Assembly (NCBI RefSeq): GCF_009914755.1
Contig: NC_060925.1
Direction: 5' to 3' (one strand)
DNA: 64,000 nucleotides
Origin: the human T2T-CHM13v2.0 reference genome, Homo sapiens
This document shows, one piece after another, positions 49,321-63,808 of the stretch. Position 1 is the first letter of the stretch. Each line of letters begins with the position of its first letter. The position numbers and the translations under genes are program-made. Below the pieces are notes generated by a model. That model saw only the letters and a program-made list of their open reading frames with translations, searched no databases and was not told where the DNA came from.

Positions 49321-51439
49321 TTTGAAGCCAATTTCTTATTGTTCTTATTTTAATATGACTTTCAAAACAAAATCATAGAGATTAAATCAAGGACCAATCC
49401 TCGTAAGAGTTGATGAAATGAGCGAGAGGTAGTGTACTTCTGAGAGGTGTTGACAACACTGCTCTAATTCATCTAGCATATCACAGAAACTGGCCTACAG
49501 CTCACAGGTAACCAGAGAAATCTGCAGTATGACACGATCATCACAGCAACAGCCAATATTTTTAAACTGATTAGTATGTGCTGGTCCAGAAAGCGTAGAG
49601 AATATGCTTACCTCAGTGGCTGGCCACTGATGTTAGTCAAATCTGAATTTATCTCTAGACAAATGAATGTCTCAAAACTAGACAAACTTCATAGGAGACA
49701 TGATCTAAGCCTAGAAAAAAATAGTAAAGTAAAAAGACAAATAGTACAAAGTCTAATTAATAAAAACTTGGAAAAGTGTTTGATGAATGTGACATCTGCC
49801 TTCTATTTTACATTTAAGGCACTTTCCTAAATATTATCTCAGACCTTTTATTTAATACTAAACTAATTTAGCAGCTCAACAGAATTTCTGAAAAGGCTTC
49901 AGTATGCTAATGTGCATTACAAATCTCTAAGAGATGTTATAAAATTAATCATTTCTCATTCATTTCCCTTCAAGCATTATTAACCTTCCATGGGTCCAGA
50001 ATTCCACAGAACACAGCTTAGAAAGTGTTTACACTGAAAGGTTTTGAGGTCTTTAGGTGTATGGCCTGTGCTTCAATCAAATCTCTATCTTCAGAACCAA
50101 GATCACAGATTTTTTAAAAAAACAACAGCAAATAAAAACATTTTAATGCTCATATCAAATAGTTAATGGCAGAGATGGGATTTAATTATTATTTGCAGTC
50201 TTCTGCTATGTGAACTCAGGTGGTCAGGCTTCCTGCTGGAGGTGGAGAGGAGATAGGGCAGAAAGGATATCAAATAGGTAATTAACAAATAAATGCTCTG
50301 GTAGTGTGACTTGAGGCAAATTTTGCAAACGATCTGGGCCTCATATGCTTCCTCTGGTAGGAAATAGAGAAAGAATTAGCTTAATGACTTCTGAAATGCC
50401 CAGTATCTCTAAAATTATCTTATTTGATTTGAGTTTTGAAGGAATGACAATGTAAATTGGTGAAGAAGATGAGAAAGACAGTTTCAGTTATGTGGAGAAC
50501 AACTTGACCCTCCAAAGCTATCTGTTGGCAGACTCTTCCTAAACCTGAGCAACCATCACTAGTCATCTTGTTTAATTCATATTGCTTATGTTTTTAATCT
50601 CTTTATTATTATCAATAACAGTATTAATAACAATAATGGTTGCTTAAATTAATAGAGCATCTTCATTTCTTAAAACTGTTTCATCATTTATTTTCCCATC
50701 TTATCCTTTGCTAATTATGAGGTAGAAAGTGAAGGCAGACATATCTCATTATATCTATTCTGTTAAGCAACAGGGGATTTGCATAATGTCCCCCAATAAG
50801 CAAAATGCAGAGCCAAGGCCTGCTGACTTCCAGCCTTATGTTCTTCTTTAAAAAATGCTTTTTCCTTTCTCTCACTAACATTTACATTTTTTAAACATGT
50901 AGACCTCTTCCAGATTTATATTTATCAACATTAATTTTGCACAGGGATTGTGACTTCTATATATCTGGAGCCAGAGCTGCTTATTTTCTTTAAGCCCTGC
51001 AGCTTTCTTCCTTACCTACGTATAGATGATTAAAACATCTCACCACTTGTAGGGATGCCCCTTGTAACATCATTGTAAATGCAGACTTCAAATCTCCTCT
51101 GATGAAAATGCCTTAAATGTCAACTCACAGATAAAAGCATCAGGCATTGAAACTGTATCAGAGATTTGATCGTTCTCTCTTTAAAGGCAGTTTTCGTATG
51201 AATTATTTTATATATTCACAGTATAATAAAAGATAAGAAAGTATTTTAGGTTGCAAACATGTTTGTCAATTACTTAATGGTGAAGATGATGTTGGTAATA
51301 AAATGTAACTACAAAATTTGGCAATGAAATATAACTACAAAATACCTGATAGATTAGTTAACACAATAATGTTCAATAATTCTCAAATGATGTATATTAA
51401 ATGCGTAAAATCATTCCTTTTATGTGGTAACATTTATTC

Positions 51440-52290
51440 TTCCATTAAATATTCATTGACCAACAACTTTTGCCAGGTTTTCTGCTAGGCTCTGGTGGAT
51501 TTAAAGATAAGCAAGATAAAAAGAAAAAATCCTTGGCTTCAAAGACTTCATAGTCTATTGGGGCAGAGAGGAGAGAAACAGCTTTATATTGTTAAAGTTC
51601 AAGAGAATACAGCTCTAATGGCAGGTCCTTTTCAGGACCAGTTCAGAGACGAGGTGAGGCTTGAGTTGAATCAAAAAAGATGGATGGAAATCCTCCAAGT
51701 AAAAAAATGGGTGGGGATATGGTAACTCCAGGAACAAATTTTAAAATATGGAAAAGGCATATCACTTTATGGGTAATGGATACTCTTTGTTATGGCTAGA
51801 TTATGCATATGGATGTGAGAAAGATCTATCTGATGGCTATGTGAGGAAAATTGGCTTGAATGAAAGCGTGTGGAAAGCTTGCAGAAATCTAAATGAGGAT
51901 AGTGTCTCTTGTATTGGGTTGATCACCAAGTGAGAGAGAGATATAATGAAATAGAAAATTTTGGATATAGAATCAATATGGGTAATGGATTAAAAAGAAT
52001 AAATAAAATTTTTTCTCAAGTTGTATGTATTAACAGAAAAGTAGTTAGTTTGAAAAGGGAAATTTGGGAGAACAAGGGTTCTCCATTACACATAATATTA
52101 ACTATCCAAGTAGAAATATAGAAATTTGGATACACAAGTATATAATGTAGGGAAGATTTATAGGCTGAAATTATAAATTTTAGCTACATCAGTATAAAGG
52201 TAAGACTTGAAACAAGGGTACTAATAAGTTCACCTAGAGAAAAAGTGTATGTAGAGATATCATTCAGTACTTTGGCTGAGAATATATAAG
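51440..52290 (-). mobile_element. L2 fragment
   Basis: CATTAAATATTCATTGACCAACAACTTTTGCCAGG...CTTCAAAGACTTCATAGTCTATTGGG. Confidence 0.6.
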
Positions 52291-53180
52291 GAAGAGATTA
52301 TTATTTGAAGAAAATAATTGCTATTAGAGAAAATCAAACCTCATTCCTTCCCTTCCATTACCAAGTGCAATCCAAGAGTGTACCTGCAGCATAAACAAGA
52401 AAGTCTCTCTGCAAAAAATGAAGGCATTACTTAAGTTTGAGGATACTCATTTGTGGATAGAGATTGCAAAGCAGATAAAATGCTAGCTAACTTTAACATG
52501 GGCTGCTCTTCTTCCTCTTCTACCTATGTTATAGAAGGACCTATTCTTTCAGGACAAGAATGACCCTTCTGTCTCTTCTTTTTGGTAGATGACCTTTCTC
52601 TTTCCCATGTGACTGTGAAGCCAAGGACTATTTCTCTAACCTGGGCAACCTTGATGCAAACAGCTTAGACTATATCTGTTTAATGAATTTAATTTTGTTA
52701 ATTAAAATAAATTAGCACAATGAACCATATCTGATATGTAAATAAAACTTTGAAATGTTACAAATGGAGTATTAAAATTACTAGCAGAGTATCCTTCTGT
52801 GACCACTGTTTTTCATTGTTGATGCCAATATTGTCAGGCATTTCTCTCTTTCTAAATCTTCTATATTTTTTAAGATATGGAGGCTGATGAACAATTTCTG
52901 AAAATGTGAATATGGGGTAAAAGAATATATTCTAATCAGTCATATTTTAATTGCCTGTCTTAAGGAGATCTGTTTTATCTAGCTTATATCTTGCTTACAA
53001 GCCTCAACTAACCAATTAGACTGAAGCAAATGTAGTATTTCTTATTGACCAACTTGTGAATGGGTCATGGTTCACACCATGACTGAAAACTCTTCCAGGG
53101 GAGGGGTGAAGACAATGTGTGTTCTTGTTATTATCACACAAAGACAGAAAGTGCAGTCGTAACAATAGATATTCACTTTA

Positions 53181-56100
53181 TTTTTAATTTTTATTTTAGG
53201 TTCAAGGGTACATGTGCAGGTTTGTTATATGATAAACTCGTTTCATGGAGTTCATTGTACATATTATTTCATCACCCAGGTAATGAACATAGTATCCAAT
53301 AGGTACTTTTCAGTCCTCTTCTTCCTCCCACGCTCCACCCTCAGATAGGCCCTAGTGTCTGTTTTTCCCCTATTTGTCTTCATGTGTTCTCATCATTTAC
53401 CTCCCACTTATAAATGAGAACATGCAGTATTTGGTATTTTGCTCCTGTGTTAGTTTGCAAAGGATAATGGCCTTCAGCTCCATCCATGTTCCTGCAAAGA
53501 ACATAACCTTATTCTTTCTTATGGCTGCATAGTATTCTGTGGTGTATATGTACCACATTTTCTTTATCCAGTGTACCAATGATGGGCATTTAACTTGATT
53601 CCATGACTTTGCTATTGTGAATAGTGCTCCAATGAACATACATGTGCATGTGTCTTTATAATAGAACAATTTATAATCCTTTGGGTATACACCAGTAATG
53701 AGATTGCTGGATTGAATGGTAGTTCTGTTTTTAACCTTTGAGGAATCACCACAATGCTTTCCACAATGGTTGAACTAATTTACACTCCCATCAGCAGTGT
53801 ATAAGCATTCCTTTTTATCTGCAACCTCACCAGCATCTGCTATATTTTGCTTTTTAATAATAGCCATTCTGATTGATGTGAGATGGTATCTCATCGTGGT
53901 TTGATTTGCATTTCTCTAATCATCAGTAATATTGAGGTTTTCATCATATGCTTGTTAGCTGCTTGTATGTCTTCTTTTGAAAAATGTCTGTTCATGTCCT
54001 TTGCCCACTTTTTAATGGGGTTGTTTTTTTCTTGTAAACTTAAGTTACTTATAGATGCTGGATATGAGACCTCTATCAGTTGTGTAGTTTGCAAATATTT
54101 TTCCCATTCTGTAGATTATCTGTTTACTCTTGATAGTTTCTTTGGCTGTGCAGAAGCTCTTTAGTTTAATTAGCTTCCATTTGTCAATTTTTGCTTTTGT
54201 GCAATCACTTTTGGCATCTTTGTTACAAAATCTTTGCCAGTTCCTTTGTCCAGAATAGTATTGCCTAGGTTGTCTTCCAGGGTTTTTACAGTTTTGGGTT
54301 TTACATTTAAGTCTTTAATCCATCTTGAGTTGATTTTTGTATATGATGTAAGGAAGTAGTCCAGTTTCAGTGTTCCACATAGTGCTAGCCAGTTATCCCA
54401 GCACCATTTGTTGAATAGGGATGCCTTTCCCCATTGCTTGTTTTTGTAAGCTGTGTCGAAGATCAGATGGTTGTAGGTGTGTGGCCTTATTTCTGGGCTC
54501 TCTATTCTGTTCCATTGGTCTATGTGTCTGTTTTGTACCAATACCATGCTGTTTTGGTTACTGTAGCCCTATAGTATAGTTTGAAGTTAGGTAGTGTGAT
54601 GCCTCCAGCTTTGTTCTTTTTGCTTAGGATTGCCTTGGCTATCTGGGCTCTTTTTAGTTCCATATGAATTTCAAAATAGATTTTTCTGGTTCTATGAAGA
54701 ATTTCTTTGGTAGTTTGATAGGAATAGTATTGAATCTATAAATTACTTTGAGCAGTGTTGCCATTTTAACAATATTGATTCTTTTTATCCATGAGCGTGG
54801 AATGCTTTTTCATTTGTTCGTGTCATCTCTGATTTCTTTGAGCAATGTTTTGTAATTCTAGTTGTAGAGATGTTTCACCTCCCTGGCTACCTGTATTCCT
54901 AGATATTTTATTCTTTACATGGCTACTGTGAATGAGACTGCATTCTTGATTTCACTATCAGCTTGTGTGTTGTTGGTGTATAAGAATGCTAATGATTTTT
55001 GCACATTAATTTGTTTATTCTGAAACTTTACTGAAGTTATCAGTTTAAGGATATTTTGCACTGAGACTATGGAGTGTTCTTGGTGTAGAATCATGTCTTC
55101 TGCAAACAGGGATAGTTTGACTTCCTCACTTCTTATTTGGATGCCCATTATTTCTTTCTCTTGCCTGATACTTTCACCAGGACTTTCAACACTATGTTGA
55201 ATGGGAGGGGTGAGAGAGGGCATTCTTGTCTTGTGCCAGTTTTCAAGGATAATGCTTCAGGCTTTTTTTCTATTCAGTATGTTGTTGGCTTTCAGGTTGT
55301 CATAGATGGCCTTTACTATTTTGAGGTATGTTTCTTCAATTCCTAGTTTATTGAGAATTTTTGACATGTAGGGATGTTGAATTTTACTGAAAGCCTTTCT
55401 ACATTATTGAGATGATCATGTGGTTCTTGTCTTTAGCTCTGTTTATGTGATGAATCACATTTATTGATTTGCATATGTTGAACTCACCTTGCATCCCAGG
55501 GATAAAGCCTACTTGATCATGCTGGATTAGCTTTATGATGTGCTGCTGGATTCACTTTGCCAGTATTTAGGTGAGGATTTTTGCTTCAATGTTCATCAAG
55601 GATATTGGCCTGAAGTTTTCTGTTTTTGTTGTGTCTCTACCAGATTTTGGTATCAGAATGATGCTGGCTTCATAGAATGAGTTGAGGAGGAGTCCTTCCT
55701 GCTCAATTTTTTGGAATAGTTTAAGTAGGAATGAAACCAGTTCTTTGTGCATCTGGGAGAATTCAGCTGTGAGTTCGTCTGGTCCTGGGCTTTTGTTGAT
55801 TGGTAGGCTATTTATTACTGATTCAATATTGGAGCTAATTTTTGGTCTATTCAGAGAATCAATTTCTTTCTGGTTCAGTCTTGGGAGGGTGTATGTGTCC
55901 AGGAATTTATCCATTTCTTCTAGATTTTTTAGTTTATGTGCATAGAGATGTTCAAGTTGTCTCTGATGGTTATTTGTATTTCCCTGGGGTCAGTGGTAAC
56001 ATTCGTTTTGTTGTTTCTAATTGTGTTTATTTGGATATTCTTTCTTTTCACCTTTATCAGTCTAGCTAGCAGTCTATCTATTTTGTTAGTTTTTTTTTTT

Positions 56101-59100
56101 TTTTTTTTGAAACACCAGCTCCTGGATTCATTGATTATTTGAAGGTTTTTTTGTGTCTCAAGCTCCTTCAGCTCAGCTCTAATTTTGGTTATTTCTTGTC
56201 TTCTGCTAGTTTTGGGGTTGGTTTGCTCTTGCTTCTCTAGTTTTTTTTTTAGTTGTGGTCAGGTTGTTAATGTGCAATCTTTCTAACTTTTGGATGTGGG
56301 CATTTAGCACTGTAAACTTCCCTCTTATCACTGCTTTATGTATGTCTCAGAGACTCTGGTAATGTTTATCTTTTTTCTCATTAATTTCAAAGAACTTCTT
56401 GATTTCTTGCTCAGTTTCATATTTACCCAAAAGTTATTTAGGATAAGCTTGTTTACTTTTCATGTAACTGTATGGTTTTGAATGATTTTCTTAGTCTTGA
56501 GTTTTATTTATTTTTTATTTTTTTGCACTGTGATCTTAGAGAGTGGTTGGTATGATTTCAATTTTTTGTTTTTGGGGTTTTTTTTGCATTTGCTGAGGAT
56601 TATTTTATGTCTAATTGTGTGGTTGATTTTAGAGTATGCACCATGTGGCAATGAGAAGAATGTATATTCTTTAGTTTGGGGGTGGAGGGTTCTGCAGATA
56701 CGTGTCGCGTCCATTTGGTACAGTGTTGAGTTCTTTGTTAATTTTCTCCCTCGATTATCTATCTAATACTGTCAGTGGGATGTTGAAGTCTCCTGCTATT
56801 ATTGTGTGGGAATCTAAGTCTCTTGGAAGGTCTCTAAGAACTTGCTGTATGAATCTGGGTGCTCCTGCATTGGGTACACATATGTTTAGGATAATTAGGT
56901 ATTCCTATGAAATTGAACCCCTTACCATTATGTAATGCCATTCTTTGTCTTTTTAAATCTTTGTTGGTTTAAATTCTGTTTTGTCTGAAATTAGGATTGT
57001 AACCACTCCTTTTTTCTATTTTTCACTTGCTTGGTAGATTTTTCTCCATCCCTTTTTTTGAGCCTGTATTTGTCATTGCATGTGAGATGGGTCTCTGAAG
57101 ACAGCATACCACTGGGTCTTGCATCTTTATTCAGCTTGTCACTCTGTGACTCTTCACTGGGGTGTGCAGCCCGTTTAAATTCAAGGATAGTATGGATATG
57201 TGTAGATTTGATACTTTCATCATGTTGCTACCGGTTTATTATGCCACCTTGTTTTTGTGGTTGCTTTATAGTGTTAGTGTTCTGTGTACTTAGTGTTTTT
57301 TGTAGTGGCTGGTAAAGGTCTTTCCCTTTCATAGTTAGTGCTTTTTTCAGGCCCTGTTTTAAGGCAGGTCTGGTGGTAACAAATTCCCTCAGCATCTCTT
57401 TGTCTGAAAAGGGTCTTATTTCTCCTTTGCTTATGAAGCTTAGCTTGGCTGCATATGAAATTCCTGGTTAGAATTTATTTTCTTTAAAGATGTTAAATAT
57501 AGACCTCTGATATCTTGTGCTTGTAGGGTTTCTACTGAGAGTCTGCTGTTAGTGTAAAGGGCTTCCCTCCATAGGTGACCTGTCCTTTCTCTCTAGCTGC
57601 CTTTAACATATTTTCTTTCATTTCAATCTTAAAGAATCTAATGATTACGTGTCTGGGAGATGATCTTGTGAAGTACTTTGTAGGTACTCTCTGCATTTCC
57701 CGAATGTGAATCTTGGCCTCTATAGTTAGTTTGGGGAAGTTCTCATGTATGATATCCTTAAATATGTTTTCCATGTTGCTTCCATTCTCTCCATCTCTTT
57801 CAAGGATGCCAATGAGTCATAGATTTGGTCTCTTTACATAATCACATACTTCTCGGAGGTTTTGTTCACGCCTTTTTATTCTTTTTTTCTTTATTCTTAT
57901 CTGACTTTCTTATCAGAAAGTCAGTCTCAATTCAAGCTCTGAGATATTTTCCTTCACTGGGTCTATTCTGCTATTAATACTTGCAATTGCATTATGAAAT
58001 TTTTGTAGTGTGTTTTCCAGCTCTGTCAGGATGGTTACATTATTTCCTATATTGGCTATTTTGTCTGTCAGCTCTTGTGTCATTTCATTGTGATTCTTAG
58101 CTTCCTTAGATTGGGTTTTGTTGTTCTCCTGAATCTCAATGATCTTCATTCATATCCATATTCTGAATTATATTTGTGACATTTTAGCCATCTAAGCTCA
58201 GTCAAGGACTCTTGCTGGAGAGCTAGTGCAGTTGTTTGGAGGAAGGAAGACACTTGACTTTTTGAATTGTCAGTTTTTGCACTGTTTCTTTCCCATCTTT
58301 GTGGCTTGATGTTCAATCTTTGAGGTTGCTGTCTTATTTTTTCTTACCGTTTGATGACGTTGGGGGTTTGCTTGTGGTTTAAGGGGGCTTTAGTTGACTG
58401 GCTTCATTTCTGGAAAACTTTAGGGGGCCATGGCTCAGCTCATAACTCCTGGACTGTGTGCTCTAACTCTGGGAGACTGGTATCAGGTCTTGCCTTTGTT
58501 ATCTGGCCCCTCAAGGTTAGGACCTGCTGTGCTGAAGAAACTGAGTTGCTCCCCAACCACAGGTCACAACATTCTGATGGGCGGTGTCAGCCAAAGAACT
58601 TCATGGTTCTGCTACATAGGCGGCAGCAGGATCTGTCCTTCTTCACATCTGTCTGCAGCAGCAGCATCACCAGCACAGCAGGGGTACCCCTTGTTAGCTG
58701 AGACAGGGTGCTAGTGGGTGCTGGTTGTAGGCCTCCATGCAGACGTTTGTAGCAGCAGCAGTGGCACTGCAGCTCAGGGGGTTGGGGGATGCCATCAGCA
58801 ACTGTATGCATTCTAGCTGGTGTCGTGGTGGTGTTAGCATGGGGGCAGGGCACTGGTGGCTGCAGGATGGTTTGTGCTGTCTGTGCACATTCATACCGGT
58901 AGTGGTGGCCACTCAGGCCAGGGGCAGGTCCTTTGTATTCCATGTCTAGTTTCACGCCAGTGGCAGTGTCAGCACAGGGGCAGGATGCTGGCAGGTGTGG
59001 GACTGGCAGACAGGGTGACCTCCAATGCTCTGACAACAATGGTGATGTGGTGGAGAAGGGGTGCACTCCTGTTGGCAACAGTGGCAACATGCATGCTGGT

Positions 59101-59927
59101 GGGGAAGGGAAGTCAAGAACATCCCAAAGCTTCTTGAGGGGTTGTCATGGGTGGTTGCATGCAAGCAAAGCATCATGGGTGAGGCTGTAGTGGAGGGGAT
59201 AGTAGGGGTAAGCTGGTTTGTTTCCACTGGGGCTGCTCTGCTGGAGCATCCTGTCAGTCAGGCACAGTCCACTAGCACAGGAGCTATGATGTGGGCCCCC
59301 AGGAGGTATCTAGGGGCTGCAGTGCAAACATGCACAGCCATACTGGGCCCCAGGAGAGGCCAGCAGACCAAGTAGTGCTCAAGTTAGACTGGCCCCATCT
59401 CATGGGCAAGATTGTCCTGCAGAGTTCAGTTTCAACTTTTCCCCTAGGGCTGAAGTCTCATATTGGAGGAAGCTGAGTCTGGGGGTTGAGTGTCCCTGGC
59501 CATGTTTCCCTACAAATGCTCCTGTTCCAAGCCCTCTAGGCTTTGCAGGGGCTGGAGTTCTGCCCCTACCACTTCCCTAAGTAGCTCTCCCTGTCAGCTC
59601 AAGTGTCTGTGGTGTTCCTGGGACCCCATCCTCTTGGCAGGATTCCAGAGACGTGTCATGAGAGCAGGTTGCTCCTTATTTGTTCAACTCACCCCTTCTC
59701 CAGGAGTCACTGGGGCTCAGGAATGAGTCTTGGTGTGCAGAATCCCCATGAAACATTCCCAGCTTCCTCCAACTCCAGCCCAGTATCTGTGTCTTCCCTC
59801 CATTCAATCTCAATGCCTTTCCTCTGAAGACGTGCTAGAAGTACACCAGTCTTTCCAATGTCCCATTCCCTTGGTGGAAGATGTTCCTCTTGACTATGTC
59901 TAGTTGGCCATCTTGGAGCAGCTCCTG
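53181..59927 (-). mobile_element. Full-length (~6.75 kb) old primate L1 (L1PA11-13-like), ORFs disrupted
   Basis: 5' start CAAGATGGCCAACTAGA; ORF1 relics (57913-58149, 57532-57774); EN (56508-56714); RT (55567-55914 [17 protein letters not shown]); C-terminus (54170-54547, 53397-53669); 13-bp TSD GATATTCACTTTA/GATATTCTCTTTA. Confidence 0.95.
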
Positions 59928-60660
59928 GATATTCTCTTTAAAATAACCCAGAAATGTAGTAATCTTGACCTGTATTTCCCTTGAGTGCTGGCAAGATTAT
60001 TGCTTTGCCATCCTATTTTGTTTCTCAGGAAAGTAAAACCATAACTACATATGCTGTTCAAGTGACAAAGAGCACAAAAAGTCCCATAGCCGCACATGTA
60101 AATGTGGCATGCTGCTTCTGGTGGTTTCCAGGGAATAAATTTTGTTCATATGAAGAAAGTAAACATATAGAAGGTAAGAATTATTCATCCATTTAAATTT
60201 CAATGTATGTTTTCACAGACAATAATAAAAATCTTCTCAGCATTCCTATGCTTAGTGTTATTATAATTTTATAGATGAAATCCAGAGAGTATACAGATTC
60301 ACCTAATCTTACGGGAATAAGTAACCCAACTAAAGTTCAACACAAGACTCCCCAGAAAGGTTCATGAGCAGCTAGGAGAGAAAATGAGATCTCAATACAT
60401 TAATCATGACAAGTGCAATAAGGAAAGAAATCCTAGGTAATGTTCTACAAATGCTTAGTGAATTTTGACACACTCAATAAAATCTTCAGAGTCTCCATAA
60501 TCCTTTATGAGACTCTTCTTTGACCTTTTTGTTTCCCAATCTGCTTCATTTAGCAAGTACAGTTTGCAAAGTGAAGATGCTGATACCCAAGTGCCCTCCA
60601 CTCCAAGCCCAAGATCTTCACTTTCTTTCCAAGGGGGAAAAATAAACAGAATCAAGGCAG

Positions 60661-60661
<1 letters not shown>

Positions 60662-60710
<49 letters not shown>
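60662..60710. repeat. Perfect (TG)24 microsatellite
   Basis: Seen directly. Confidence 0.97.
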
Positions 60711-60711
<1 letters not shown>

Positions 60712-61687
60712 GATGACACTCAGGCTAGAGAGAGTGACTGGACCTAAGACTGAATTTATCTCCAAATGTAGACCGACAAACTAAGTTAAACAAGAAGGAT
60801 TATGAACACACAGTAAAAATGAAACCAGAGTAGGTTTAATCTTTTAAAATATATACATATATATTTACTGTCACTTTGAGAATTTGGTTTATTTGATAGC
60901 TTGGATAAATATTTATGTACTACATCATGCATTTGAATTTAATATAAAATCAGTTTAAAATATTCCCAATTGCAACATAGCTAACAAGCTGAATACTGAA
61001 TAGGATTACTGTTGTAAGTCAGAGTGTTCTCCTGGTTTTCCTTAGGTGAAACGATATTCTCATATGCATGCCCCTAACATCAAATATATCAACTTGTTAT
61101 CAAAAGGCCAGTTTGGAAGACTTCCATTTTCAATTACTCCCTTATCTAGTCAAATAGAATTACAATGAATAAAAAAATTACAGCCAATGTAATTCCAAAC
61201 ATTAGAGGGTAGACAAGAAACAGTCTCTTGCTCTCAAAGAATAATGCCTTACCTGAATATGACGCTTTGTTATTTTTAACTTTCTTTAACACAAACAATC
61301 CCATTTTTGTTTCCTTTAATAAATACTCCATTTTATAAATAAGGAAACTGGATCAGCTACCTAAAATTACACAAGTAGGATGAGGTGGGCCTACGGCTAA
61401 CATTAGATGTCTGGTCTACTTTCTAGTCTCTAGAAGTCTCTGGCACCAACTTCCTCTAGTATTTCCAGAATATGTTATTTGCAAATTATAAATTTTGTGG
61501 CAAATTAAGGCAATCATTTATTGTAAGGACTAAACTTTCATTAAAGCTACTTCACTATTCAAAACCAAGAGGCTATTTCTCTTACTGCAATAATAAAGTT
61601 TAGAAGTTCTGCTTTTGTTGCCTTTCTCTTCTGATAATTGGAAGAAAAGAGAATGGAAGGGAAGATAAAAATAAGACTGAGTGAAAA

Positions 61688-61823
61688 CAGAAGAAACAAA
61701 AAGAAAGGAAGAAGAAGAAGGAGGAGGAGGAGAGGAAGGAAGGAAGGAGAGAGGGAGAGAGGGAGGGATGGAGGGAGGGAGGGAGGGAAGGAAGGGAAAG
61801 CAAAGGTGGGAAGAAAGGAAGGA
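61688..61823. repeat. GA-rich polypurine low-complexity tract
   Basis: (GAA)n, (GGA)n, (GGAA)n and (GGGA)n blocks. Confidence 0.9.
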
Positions 61824-62821
61824 ATGATATTGTGAAATTATTCAGATTAATTGTTTTAGCTATATTAAATATAAATAATCCAGAAGATGGTAAATCTATC
61901 TTTTCTTCACTATTTAAGACAGAAGGCACCTAATGTGTAGCTGTTTTATAATTTCCACAAAACGATAAGCTAGTTCATAAGCAGGCTCTCTCAGCACCAA
62001 TTCTCTTATATCACCTAGATATTATTTTCAGATGAAATCTAAGTACTTTATTTCATTATTTATAGGTTTAAAATATACTACATGTATGACATACAAATAA
62101 ATGTTCTTTTTCAGTTCACTAATTCTACAATAAAAGCCTTTTGATTCTATTAGCTAAACATTCCTGAGCTGGCAGATAGAGGCCTTGGAAAACAGTACAA
62201 ATGCTTGCTTATCAAATTAAATCTTGCTTATAAATTAAGAAGCGATTCAAACAGCAATTGTTTAACATGCATAGCTACTTCAATAGAAAGGGAGAGATGG
62301 TTTCTGGACTCTAAATTGAGTATAGTTTGAATTTGAGGAAACCTGATGTTAATAAGTAAAAGTTTTTACTATGCAGCATAATATGACTTTTACATAAACA
62401 ATTACTTTGTAGCCTTTTGAAATTATACAATTGATAGCACAGAGGAATACTTCATTTTTAATAACTTAAAACTTTTATCCTATGAAATTTTCATAGCAGA
62501 GCTTATCATTACTCAGTAGCACTATTTGTAAAATGTATTGCTAAAGCCCTGCTCTTAGGGAAAATATATTCTAGTATCGTGGGGAAAAAAAAGAAAAAAG
62601 AGAGAAACAGAGTTAGAAGAATTTGATTATGTTAAAATTGTTTATTTAGCATATTGCCTAAAATTTCCCATGTATGAGAAAGTGTGATTTCCAATTATTG
62701 AATACATTTCTATGTTCCACAGCCATATAGAGATATAACTAAAGGTGGAAAAATATCACCAACAAGAAACAAAATATAAAACAATGTTCATGTAGGGATT
62801 ATATTTTTAGGAAACTTCTTT

Positions 62822-63130
62822 ATTCTTTTATTCAGCAAATATTTATTAAGCTGTTATTCCATTGAGGGCACTGTGTTTGTTTCCCTGGTGTGTAGCAATC
62901 CATCTCCTCATGGGGGTGGTCATGTGTTATGAGAAGAGTTTTGACTTTGGTATATGTAGACCAGGGATTAATTTTCGAATCCATCCCTTGTTAGTGGGCT
63001 AGCACTGCATTATCCTGAGATTGTTTCTTATCTGCAAAATAGAAGTACAACAGATGTGTCATGAGTTCATGAGCATTAATTGAGATATTGTCTATAAATC
63101 AAGTGGCAGAGCATCTGATTTAGAATTCAG
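62822..63130. mobile_element. L2 3' end (-) followed by a MIR fragment (+)
   Basis: TTATTCAGCAAATATTTATTAAGC...; TTTCTTATCTGCAAAATAG...ATTAATTGAGATA. Confidence 0.55.
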
Positions 63131-63325
63131 TAGTTCTTGGGATTTTTGTGCTGAAAGAGGTAAAACCGAAGATATTTACATGCCAATAAAATCTCTTTCA
63201 TAATGAGGAAAAACTTCATGTAAAAATATGTGCTGAAATCACTTCAGAATGATAAAATATTTTATAATGATAAATAAATAATAATGACATTTATTTTAGT
63301 TTCAAAATACTTAATTATTAGTTAT

Positions 63326-63770
63326 TGATGATGGTTAATTTTATACGTTAACTTGACTGGACTAAGGGATGCCCAGATAGCTGGTTAAACATTATTTCTG
63401 AGTGTATTATTGAAGATGCTCCCATAAGAGATTAGCATTTGAATCAGTTAAACAAGTGAAAAAAAAAGTCTATCTTCACCAGTGTGAGTAGGCATCATCT
63501 AATCTATTGAGGGCCCCAATAGAACAAAAAGTGGAGGGAAGAAGGGTGAATTTTCTCTCTTCTTGAGCTGGGACATCCATCTTCTCATGCCCTTAGTTTT
63601 GGATCTTCTAGTTCTCTGCCTTTAGACCCTGGGACTCACATTATTAGCCCCCTGGTTCTCATGTCTTCAGACTCAAACTAAATTATACCACTGGCTTTCT
63701 TAGTCCTCTAGCTTGTAGACCAGATTGTCAACTGCTCAGCTACCATAATCTTATGAGCCATTTCCCAAAA
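63326..63770 (+). mobile_element. MLT2 (B/C-type) ERVL LTR with a rearranged 3' end
   Basis: GATGGTTAATTTTATACGTTAACTTGACTGGACTAAGGGATGCCCAGATAGCTGG...GAGATTAGCATTTGAATCAG...TTGAGCTGGGACATCCATCTTCTC. Confidence 0.9.
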
Positions 63771-63777
63771 AGTAGGA

Positions 63778-63808
<31 letters not shown>

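Noticed and set aside
49860-50030. Possible hAT-Charlie (MER119-like) relic
   Set aside because: Similarity too weak to call from memory.
58351-59827. Cluster of 60-167 aa ORFs
   Set aside because: L1 5'UTR sequence; low stop-codon density explains them.
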